From an uncultured Lachnospiraceae bacterium (GTDB taxonomy: Bacteria > Bacillota > Clostridia > Lachnospirales > Lachnospiraceae), in NCBI GenBank assembly GCA_958428365.1, contig CAUAFT010000012.1, forward strand, positions 23,059 through 87,058: a stretch of 64,000 nt of DNA. The letters are read 5' to 3'. A model generated the notes under the pieces. It had not been told where the DNA came from, did no database searches, and saw nothing but the letters and a program-made list of their open reading frames with translations. Shown here piece after piece: positions 33,037 to 44,066 of the stretch. How positions within the stretch are numbered: the stretch's first letter is position 1; the number at the start of each line of letters is the position of its first letter. Position numbers and translations under genes: made by a program.

Positions 33037-34011
33037 CTATTGATATTTGTGCAAAAAATCTTCTATATCTTTTAATGTATCAGGTATATCCTCACTGCCT
33101 TTACATATATCTTCTAATTCAGATAACAAATTCATATAATCAAAAGAGTCAATACCAATCCCTAGTATTTCATCATTACATATATCATTATAATTTTCCA
33201 TAATATATTTTATTTGTTCCTTACTAATTGTTCTCACTAATAAGTTCTTTAATTTCTGATCCATTTTTTCCTCCATAAGCAAAATATTGTTATCAATATT
33301 TTCTTTTGATGTCATTCCAATTATTAATACATCAGCTATTTCTCCAGCTCTCTTTATATGGTTATATATATCTTTTTTATTCAATTCTGATTGTAAAACA
33401 CTTCCTCTTTCAAACAAACTTCTCAATCCTAATTTAACATCATATTTTTTTACATTTTCTATAATTCCTAGTATCCAATTATTTTTCCTATTATACGGTG
33501 CTTCAAGAAAATCAATTTCTTTAAGTATCCATATTGGAATATCTCTATTGAAATTATCCGGAAGAGAAATTCCTATCTTTTGAACTTTTTCAGTTTTCCT
33601 AAGTTCAACAAGTCTCATGATTAGTCTTTGGCTTATATCTTTGTCATTCCAAAAAGGTATCCAGTTATGTAATAAAATAATATCTGGTATTCTTTTTAAA
33701 TTTTTTTTTGAAATTTCAATTCTTTCTTCTAGCCATTCTAATGCATAGTATTTATTTATATCACAATTTGAATATAATTGTGGTTTTTCACATGCTGGTA
33801 TTTTGGTAATAATAATATCACTATCCTCAATTATATCTGCTAACATTCTTTCTATTCTTTGTTTTTCATAAACCTGTGCCGTATCAATATATTTTATACC
33901 TTTACTTCTTGCATACTGAACTATTTCTTTTGCTTCTTCCAATGTCACCTTTCCAAATTGAGATTCAAACTGCCATGTTCCTAAACATAATTTACTCATA
34001 TTTTTCACCAT
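33037..34011 (-). CDS. Aldo-keto reductase fused to a C-terminal acyl/peptidyl carrier protein
   Basis: LCLGTWQF, IDTAQVY, ITK, LLH (D-Y-K-H tetrad). C-terminal ~75 aa contains GIGIDSFDYMNLLSELED, a phosphopantetheine Ser motif. Confidence 0.8.
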   Translation of the reverse strand: MVKNMSKLCLGTWQFESQFGKVTLEEAKEIVQYARSKGIKYIDTAQVYEKQRIERMLADIIEDSDIIITKIPACEKPQLYSNCDINKYYALEWLEERIEISKKNLKRIPDIILLHNWIPFWNDKDISQRLIMRLVELRKTEKVQKIGISLPDNFNRDIPIWILKEIDFLEAPYNRKNNWILGIIENVKKYDVKLGLRSLFERGSVLQSELNKKDIYNHIKRAGEIADVLIIGMTSKENIDNNILLMEEKMDQKLKNLLVRTISKEQIKYIMENYNDICNDEILGIGIDSFDYMNLLSELEDICKGSEDIPDTLKDIEDFLHKYQ

Positions 34012-34014
34012 ATA

Positions 34015-35223
34015 TTAATTACAAAAAGCCATAATATGATAAATTTCCTGTTTAAGTGCTGGTGATAAATTATTCATATCCGGTTCTGTTATCATAGTTC
34101 CATTTTCAAAATCAATTTTTTTCACATCAATATCGTATCCCACTTTATTCAGTTCATTTTGTACAACATTTAGATTGTAATTTGGTTTTATTTCACAACG
34201 TATTCTTTGCTCACTAGTGCATTTCGAACCTTCACATTCTTTTTTATTTTTTAATTGCAACAAACAAATATTAGATCTTTTTAGCGCAAACGATATACCA
34301 CAAGATGAATGATAAAATACTGGAATTTCACTAAAATATTTTTTTGCTAACAACATAATATATTTCCACTCCTCCTCATCTAACGTTTTTTGATTGTTTT
34401 CTTTGGAAATTTCTGGCATTTCTAAACCTCTTACTTCTACCATTCCATACTCTATTCCTTCTGTCCAACGCAATCCCCCCGGAATAATACAGTCGATATA
34501 TTTCCCATATTGTTTTGATACCATATTAAACATATTTTCTAATTCTGTAATACTATTAATCCATTCTTTTGTAATTGGCCGTAAATACCAATTAATAGAC
34601 ACATTTTTCCCAAAAAATTTATCTATATTTTTAAATCTATTATTTTGAACTGGCTCAATTTCTTTAGGATTATTAGCCCAGCAAATTGATATTATAAGTT
34701 TGCTAATATTATCACTTATATTTATTAATCTTTTTATTGCTGCATCTGGTATGCCTGCTTTTGTAACAATCCAAAATGGATTTTTATAACCCATCTCAAT
34801 CATTTTTTCCATAAGAACTAATGTACTTTCCAATACTTCACCTACAGCAAATGGTTCTGTACTTGATGTTCCAATACTTATAACGGTAACATCTTTTTTA
34901 AAAAAGGGATGTTGTACTAGACTTGACAATACCTCATCTATTGTAAAACAATTTCTTCGCATTGGTATTTTTCGCATCTTCCCGTCACTTGCAATATCCT
35001 CTTCTATTCCCTGAACATGACAATATGCACATTGAAATGAACATCCTGTCCATAAATCCACACTCAGTGAATTATTTGCAACACTTATACAAGATAATGG
35101 AGAATTCAAATCACTATCTAAAACCGCATACATATTTTTATAAAAATTATATTTCCTTCCTGTTCGTATCCCATTTCTTTGTACCATTTTTTCCGTATTT
35201 GCTTTTTTAAGTACTTCATTCAT
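34015..35223 (-). CDS. Radical SAM enzyme, subfamily unassigned
   Basis: GCSFQCAYC (CxxxCxxC) and a Cys-rich C-terminal region (SSC...NIC...KECEGSKC...RC). Confidence 0.85.
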   Translation of the reverse strand: MNEVLKKANTEKMVQRNGIRTGRKYNFYKNMYAVLDSDLNSPLSCISVANNSLSVDLWTGCSFQCAYCHVQGIEEDIASDGKMRKIPMRRNCFTIDEVLSSLVQHPFFKKDVTVISIGTSSTEPFAVGEVLESTLVLMEKMIEMGYKNPFWIVTKAGIPDAAIKRLINISDNISKLIISICWANNPKEIEPVQNNRFKNIDKFFGKNVSINWYLRPITKEWINSITELENMFNMVSKQYGKYIDCIIPGGLRWTEGIEYGMVEVRGLEMPEISKENNQKTLDEEEWKYIMLLAKKYFSEIPVFYHSSCGISFALKRSNICLLQLKNKKECEGSKCTSEQRIRCEIKPNYNLNVVQNELNKVGYDIDVKKIDFENGTMITEPDMNNLSPALKQEIYHIMAFCN

Positions 35224-35242
35224 CTTAAGTCTCTCCTTTACT

Positions 35243-35977
35243 TTAATAAATTTCGTTTATTTGATTTAACAATTCAGGAATTATATTTGGGGGATATGTA
35301 TTATTGATATCTAGTAATATTTTGAATTTTCTATAATATATGCTTTTTTCAACTCTATCATAAATTTTCTGAAAACTAATTTCTTCCCAGTTATTTGATA
35401 TATTATACAATCTGAGCATAGTCAAAATAAGTCTCCCTCGCATAACAAATGCAAACTGATGATGTTCCGGAAATTTACAACAATAATCAATTTCTTTTAT
35501 CAATCGACAAATTATTTTTTTTCTGAAATTTTCCATATTCTGTACAATATATTCTTTTTTCTTTTCCAACCATCCTTCATTATCAATTATAATATATGAT
35601 TTCCTTATATCGTAAAGTAATCCCTCTGGTAACCAATACCCAAACACCCACTCTCTAATTTCCCCCAATATATCACCATTTATTATTTGTTCAATTTTTT
35701 TGTCCATATCTAACACATTATAAATCGCGATATTACACGTAATATTTGCATATAAAAATCTAACACTGTCATCTAAAAATTCAATATTTTCTATTTTTTC
35801 CAAATTAGATATGACTTTTTTTGCATTTTCTTTATCTTCAACTATCCATAAATAATCTACATCTTTATTCGTATTTTGACATATTGAAGATCCTACTCTG
35901 CAAAAAGATATTGTATTTCCAAATTTCGATATGTATTTTAAAAAATCATTATCTATTTTTTCAATCGACATTTTCAA
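35243..35977 (-). CDS. Pol-beta-superfamily nucleotidyltransferase-fold protein
   Basis: VGSS-x6-KDVDY (GS...DxD) motif near the N-terminus; helical C-terminal part. Confidence 0.6.
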   Translation of the reverse strand: MKMSIEKIDNDFLKYISKFGNTISFCRVGSSICQNTNKDVDYLWIVEDKENAKKVISNLEKIENIEFLDDSVRFLYANITCNIAIYNVLDMDKKIEQIINGDILGEIREWVFGYWLPEGLLYDIRKSYIIIDNEGWLEKKKEYIVQNMENFRKKIICRLIKEIDYCCKFPEHHQFAFVMRGRLILTMLRLYNISNNWEEISFQKIYDRVEKSIYYRKFKILLDINNTYPPNIIPELLNQINEIY

Positions 35978-36085
35978 TTTGCTTCATCTCTCCGTCCATG
36001 ATTTATACAAAAATTTATAATACAGATACATATACTAATCTTCGTTTTCAAAGAAATTCCTATTATGTAATCCCAGATAAATTTT

Positions 36086-36180
36086 ATTATATACATTTTA
36101 CTACCCTTTAACATAACGTAACCGGTGAGTTCAAACTCACCGGTTACGTTATGTTTATATCCCCCTTCTTTCTATATAAT
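36086..36180. promoter_or_regulatory. Divergent promoter pair flanking a perfect palindrome with 22-bp arms (putative operator)
   Basis: AACATAACGTAACCGGTGAGTT-ca-AACTCACCGGTTACGTTATGTT (36110-36155). TATAAT on - at 36091-36086 and on + at 36175-36180. Confidence 0.7.
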
Positions 36181-36220
36181 AAACTAATCAATAAATTACA
36201 AATAAAGGAGAATTATCAAT

Positions 36221-36346
36221 ATGAAGATTTTTTTTATGTCTACCATCTTATGTGTTACCCTATTATCTGCAACAATCCCCTTTCATCATTTACATTTTAC
36301 ATCTTATTTTCCTTCCACCTATTGCAATATGGAACTGGCTCGTTAG
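36221..36346 (+). CDS. 41-aa putative secreted signalling pre-peptide (not in the ORF track)
   Basis: SD AAAGGAG at 36204-36210. MKIFFMSTILCVTLLSATIPFHHLHFTSYFPSTYCNMELAR*: basic N-terminus, hydrophobic core, polar tail. Convergent with the HTH-TPR regulators. Confidence 0.7.
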   Translation: MKIFFMSTILCVTLLSATIPFHHLHFTSYFPSTYCNMELAR

Positions 36347-36351
36347 CTAAC

Positions 36352-37281
36352 TCAAAAATTTTCTTTACAAAAATCAAGAATACATTCCATATTTTTCTTA
36401 TTCTCAGGATAGATTCGGAATAATTGATAAGCCATCCAGACATAACATTCTGCCTGTTCCATCATTTTCGGATCTTCCTTCCCGTTCTTAACCTTTTCGT
36501 TTATAAGCCATCCCATATTATAATAAAAAATATACAGGTAATTGCTTTTCCCACGTCTTAACAGCCACTGAATCCCCCTCTTACATATTTCCATACTTTC
36601 ATCATATCTTCCCGAAAGTCCTAATAGATTTGACAGATTCACCAACTCCAAATATCTGGGCTTATAATCATTGATTACTACATCCGTCTGAAAATACTCT
36701 TCCAGATTGTAATAAATGCGGATTGCTTGTTTTCTGTCTCCCATCATAGCATACTGTCTGGCAATATTGCTGATAATCAGTACTTCATTTTCCGTAAATA
36801 CCCTATGTACCGGGAAATGCTCTTCATTATAATCCTGAAACGTCAGTTTCAAAATAGCTTCCAGGCTCTTAATATATTCTTTGTTCGTAATCTTTCCGGC
36901 TTCGTCCTCCAATATTAATTCTAATCTTCTGATATACTGCCTGTTTTCCACAGATTCCATAGAAAATCCGGGAGACTTTTTCAACCATTCTACTCCCTTT
37001 TCCACTTCTTTATAATCTTCTCTTTCTAAGGCGTACAGGATCTTTTTCATTTGCTTTTCATGATCCTCTTTCGCATTTTGGACAGGGATTACATATTTTT
37101 CCCCGGACATTCCCATTTTCTGCATCAATAAATGAAATTTCTCATCAGAAGGATTCAGACTTCCACTCTCATATCTTGCCAACGTCACCGGATCGCAAAT
37201 ATTTTCCGCCAGTTCCTCCTGCGTCATATTCAGATATTTTCTTGTATACTTGATAATCGCAGATTTGCTGTGTTCTCCCAT
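36352..37281 (-). CDS. XRE-HTH + TPR regulator (RRNPP/Rgg-like)
   Basis: MTQEELAENICDPVTLARYESG HTH followed by TPR-like helices (NIARQYAMMG, YYNMGW). Confidence 0.85.
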   Translation of the reverse strand: MGEHSKSAIIKYTRKYLNMTQEELAENICDPVTLARYESGSLNPSDEKFHLLMQKMGMSGEKYVIPVQNAKEDHEKQMKKILYALEREDYKEVEKGVEWLKKSPGFSMESVENRQYIRRLELILEDEAGKITNKEYIKSLEAILKLTFQDYNEEHFPVHRVFTENEVLIISNIARQYAMMGDRKQAIRIYYNLEEYFQTDVVINDYKPRYLELVNLSNLLGLSGRYDESMEICKRGIQWLLRRGKSNYLYIFYYNMGWLINEKVKNGKEDPKMMEQAECYVWMAYQLFRIYPENKKNMECILDFCKENF

Positions 37282-38168
37282 AACTCCATTCCCTCCTTAG
37301 TAATCATACCGTCTTCCATTGTCATACCTATTAATTTTAACGCCAGGATTTTGTCTTTTATTTCTGCCTCTCTATCGGCTGCACCTGTTTTCTCCAGTAT
37401 CTCCAACTGTAATCGCAGCATTTTTTCTAGGTTACTTGTCTGATATTCCTGAATCAGTATCTTCTCTGCCTTTTCCAAATAAGAGATCGCCAGCCCAAAG
37501 TTATCATTTTCTATCACTTCCTGCGCTAACGCTAATAATACTTTGGGAAAATACTTGATTCTTTTCCTATCGTCTTTTTCTAAGTTTTCCAGATATTCAT
37601 TTAATTCCAAAAACAGAAAAACAGCTTTCTCTTTTTCCTCTGTTTTAAGATATATTTCAGCAAGATGATACAAAACTTCCACCTCAATATCCGACAGAAC
37701 TTTTTTCTCTATCCCAAGTTCCGGGATCACTTCCCGTTTCGTAAATGATAATGCCTGATGAAATAATTCAAGTGCATCTTCATATTCCCGATAAATCGCC
37801 GTTAACTGCCCCTTTTTTAAACATATATACTGTTGATGGAGATTCTCTGAATGATGGATTTCCCCTTCATATTCTTTTAACAGCTCTTCCATTTCCAAAA
37901 ACTCTTCATGAAAGAACTTCTTCTCTATCTGAGCTCGGTACATGCTCATTTTGAACTCTTCATCTGTATCTATAAATTCTATTTTATTAGCATTTTTTCC
38001 TAAACGTTCCAACAGGCAATCTATCACGAACTTATCCGGTACTCTGATATCTTGTTCATATCTCGTCAGAGCTGTAATAGTACATACCCCCTCGCACAAC
38101 TGTGCCTTGAAAATATTTCTATCCATCCGCATATGCTCCAGTATCTCACCCAATGTCATTTCCTGCAT
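37230..38168 (-). CDS. XRE-HTH + TPR regulator (RRNPP/Rgg-like), paralogue
   Basis: Start MQEMTLGE behind AGGAGG. LCEGVCTITALTRYEQDIRVPD...LLERLG HTH plus TPR-like helices. Confidence 0.85.
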   Translation of the reverse strand: MQEMTLGEILEHMRMDRNIFKAQLCEGVCTITALTRYEQDIRVPDKFVIDCLLERLGKNANKIEFIDTDEEFKMSMYRAQIEKKFFHEEFLEMEELLKEYEGEIHHSENLHQQYICLKKGQLTAIYREYEDALELFHQALSFTKREVIPELGIEKKVLSDIEVEVLYHLAEIYLKTEEKEKAVFLFLELNEYLENLEKDDRKRIKYFPKVLLALAQEVIENDNFGLAISYLEKAEKILIQEYQTSNLEKMLRLQLEILEKTGAADREAEIKDKILALKLIGMTMEDGMITKEGMELWENTANLRLSSIQENI

Positions 38169-38236
38169 AACATTTCCCCTCCTGTTGCTGTAATTTTTGT
38201 CAGATCGTTCGTGGCATTGATCCGCTATCCCATCCA

Positions 38237-38280
38237 TAAAAAACAGCCCTATCCACGACTGCAACGCCGCAGATAGGGCC
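38237..38280 (-). terminator. Intrinsic terminator of atp operon 2
   Basis: GCCCTATC...GATAGGGC stem followed by TGTTTTTT on the - strand. Confidence 0.75.
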
Positions 38281-38298
38281 ATTCTGCATTTTTGATTC

Positions 38299-38703
38299 TC
38301 AATCTCTGATATTAATACGCACCAACGCTTTTCTAAGCGCAAACTCCGCTCTTTTCACATCAATCTCTTCCCTATGTGATTCCAAACGTCCTTCGGCGCG
38401 CTCCTTCGCTGCCTGGGCACGGGCTACGTCAATCTCATCCGGCCACTCCGCAATCTCCGCTAAGAGTGTTACCTTATCCTGTAAGATCTCAGCAAAACCG
38501 GAATGCACCGCCGCCTCCTTCTTACCCTCCGGCGTCGTAATCGTTACGATTCCCGGCGCTAAGACGGTAGTCAGCGGAATGTGATTCCTGTAGACGCCAA
38601 TCTCCCCATTCGCAGTGGTAAATTCAATCATCTCCGCCTCACCTTTATAAAAAACCCGGTCCGGCGTAATGATCTCTACTGAAAAAATTCTGTCATCTGC
38701 CAT
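38299..38703 (-). CDS. atpC: F1 epsilon subunit (operon 2)
   Basis: IITPDRVFY, GEIGVYRNHIP, HSGFAEI, EIDVARAQAAKERAE. Confidence 0.95.
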   Translation of the reverse strand: MADDRIFSVEIITPDRVFYKGEAEMIEFTTANGEIGVYRNHIPLTTVLAPGIVTITTPEGKKEAAVHSGFAEILQDKVTLLAEIAEWPDEIDVARAQAAKERAEGRLESHREEIDVKRAEFALRKALVRINIRD

Positions 38704-38714
38704 ATGCTCACCCC

Positions 38715-40121
<1,407 letters not shown>

Positions 40122-40208
40122 TTATAATATATTCTCGCAGGGCAGGATAGTATCAGAATTCTCTGACCTTCCACCGCCTGCGGGTATCCAAGATTCTTAG
40201 TATCCCTA

Positions 40209-41069
40209 CTAAGATATCGCCTCCGCTCCCGCAATAATCTCTGTCAATTCCTGCGTAATGGAGCCCTGGCGTGCTCTGTTATATTTCAATGTCAGGTCGC
40301 TGATCATATCTTCTGCGTTGCTTGTCGCAGAATCCATCGCCTGCATCCTCGCACCATTCTCACTTGCTACTGCTTCCACTAAAGCTCCGTAGAAAAGACT
40401 GGTCACATACTTCGGAATAATCATATCCAAAGCCTCTTCTTCATTCGGCTCATAATTCATCAGTATGTTGCCATCCTCTTCCCCGGCAATCTCCTCTTCG
40501 TCGAAGGAGACCGGAAGCAACTTCATGAGCTTCGGTTCATGAACAACCGTATTCTTAAAATGTGTATAAGCCAGATAGATTTCCCCTATCTCTCCGCGCT
40601 GATACGCTCCTAAGACTTCCTTACAGATGGCATCCGCATCGGAATAGTCCGGGGCTTCAATAACCTCCGGATAAGAATTCTTAATCTCATAACCACGGCG
40701 TTCTAAGACTTCACGTCCCTTGTTACCGATGGTATACAGTTCTAAGTCTTCCTTCTGAAAATCTCCGTTGGTAATCAGCTTGATGATGTTGGAGTTATAG
40801 CCTCCTGCCAGTCCCCGGTTGGAGGTAATGACGACAATGGCTTTTTTCTCCGAATCATTTTTCTTCAAATAAGGATGGTTCATGTTCCCGGACTTCGCAA
40901 GCATGGACGTTACCGTCTGATACATATAGTTAAAATATGGATTCGCCTGCTCCGCATGGGTTCTTGCCTTCTGTAGCTTTACGGTTGATACAAGCTTCAT
41001 GGCTTTTGTGATCTGCTGCGTACTCTGAATACTGCTTTTTCTTCTCTTTATGTCCCTCATTGAGGCCAT
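40209..41069 (-). CDS. atpG: F1 gamma subunit (operon 2)
   Basis: MASMRDIKRR, RGLAGGYN, RARQGSITQELTEI. Confidence 0.97.
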   Translation of the reverse strand: MASMRDIKRRKSSIQSTQQITKAMKLVSTVKLQKARTHAEQANPYFNYMYQTVTSMLAKSGNMNHPYLKKNDSEKKAIVVITSNRGLAGGYNSNIIKLITNGDFQKEDLELYTIGNKGREVLERRGYEIKNSYPEVIEAPDYSDADAICKEVLGAYQRGEIGEIYLAYTHFKNTVVHEPKLMKLLPVSFDEEEIAGEEDGNILMNYEPNEEEALDMIIPKYVTSLFYGALVEAVASENGARMQAMDSATSNAEDMISDLTLKYNRARQGSITQELTEIIAGAEAIS

Positions 41070-41087
41070 ATGCATTCACCGCCATTC

Positions 41088-42602
<1,515 letters not shown>

Positions 42603-42644
42603 TCACCTACTTTCAACTTATTTTCATAATTTAACGTCTTATAC

Positions 42645-43211
42645 TTAAGTATTCGACCCGGTCATTCCCAACGGAATATTATAGAGTTCTTTTGACAGCT
42701 CATACAGCTTTGTCCTGATGCTGCTGTCCACCACTCTGTCTCCGATACGAATCACCATTCCGCCGATCAAAGCGGCGTCCACGTCGTAGTTCATCTCAAA
42801 AGATTCATACTTCGTGGTCTCTAAAAGTCTCGTTTCCACAAGTTTCTTCTGATCCTGGGATAATTCCATGGCAGAAGTCACATAAGCAGTTCCGATATTC
42901 TGATACTCCTTTACCTCCTCTAAAAAATAAAGGAATACATTTTCCATCTCATGAAAATGGTTCTTAGCGACTAACATCCGCATCAAACCGATCATTTCAT
43001 CCGATATCTTTCCTTTGAAAATATCTTCTATGAACTGTAATTTCTCCTCTTTTACAATCTGTGGATGATTCATCAGCCGGGATAAGTCCTGATTCTCCTT
43101 TAAGACTTCCAGGATTCCCCTTGCCTCTTCGGAAAAATCTTCGATACGGTTCTCCTCCACGGCGGTCTCAAACAAAGCATCCCCATATGTCTTGGACACT
43201 AATTTTGCCAT
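42645..43211 (-). CDS. atpH: F1 delta subunit (operon 2)
   Basis: YGDALFE, LIGGMVIRIGDRVVDSS. Confidence 0.94.
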   Translation of the reverse strand: MAKLVSKTYGDALFETAVEENRIEDFSEEARGILEVLKENQDLSRLMNHPQIVKEEKLQFIEDIFKGKISDEMIGLMRMLVAKNHFHEMENVFLYFLEEVKEYQNIGTAYVTSAMELSQDQKKLVETRLLETTKYESFEMNYDVDAALIGGMVIRIGDRVVDSSIRTKLYELSKELYNIPLGMTGSNT

Positions 43212-43714
43212 GTCGAATCACCCATTTCTTTCAAAGTCTCTTCCACTAAGGTATCCTGAATCGTCGTATCAATGGAAGCGGATACCACCTTCTCAGCCAT
43301 CAGAGATGCGATCTCAATGACCTCCTGCTTCATTTCATCCATAGCACGCTTCTTCTCAAGTACTGCTTCTTCGTTGGCGCGTTTGATGATGCGGGACGCC
43401 TCTTCCTTGGCTTCCTCCACGATCCGCGCCTCATTTTTCAACGCTTTCTGGCGGGCTTCACTTAAGATCTGCTCAGCCTCTTTTTCTATATTCTTCAGCT
43501 TTGCATCATACTCTGCTTTCAGTGCGGCTGCGTCTTCTTTGTCCGATTTTGCCGTGTCCAGATCCGTCTTGATCTTTAACTTTCTGTCCTCTAACATTTT
43601 GCGGACCGGATTAAAGAGCAGATAGGATAAGAACAGGAACAGGACGAAGACAGCGATCGCCGCTAACACCGTATCATGCAACAACTGAAAATCCAGATCG
43701 AATAATCTTGTCAT
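43199..43714 (-). CDS. atpF: Fo subunit b (operon 2)
   Basis: N-terminal TM followed by coiled coil; operon position. Confidence 0.93.
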   Translation of the reverse strand: MTRLFDLDFQLLHDTVLAAIAVFVLFLFLSYLLFNPVRKMLEDRKLKIKTDLDTAKSDKEDAAALKAEYDAKLKNIEKEAEQILSEARQKALKNEARIVEEAKEEASRIIKRANEEAVLEKKRAMDEMKQEVIEIASLMAEKVVSASIDTTIQDTLVEETLKEMGDSTWQN

Positions 43715-43758
43715 AGCTTAGAAGTATGCCTCCTTTCCGTTATTTTCTGTGATACCGA

Positions 43759-44025
<267 letters not shown>

Positions 44026-44066
44026 CTAAAATTTATCTTGTTTCCATGAAATTTTCTTCACGGTAA

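Larger units (their letters stand above)
27500..38200. mobile_element. AT-rich accessory island (biosynthetic cluster plus regulators); no mobility gene seen
   Basis: Sharp compositional drop (60-nt spot counts: 25% GC at 31381 vs 58% at 13081) between the ABC-ATPase gene and the atpC terminator. Boundaries are approximate. Confidence 0.55.

Noticed and set aside
34015..36346. Radical SAM RiPP system (ranthipeptide or streptide-like) with the 41-aa peptide as precursor
   Set aside because: No RRE or SPASM motif seen. The peptide looks like a Sec-type pre-peptide on the opposite strand, and the other enzymes point to carrier-based chemistry.
36151..36423. Listed 90-aa + strand ORF
   Set aside because: It has no SD and overlaps the regulator gene. 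The nested 41-aa ORF in another frame has the SD and promoter.
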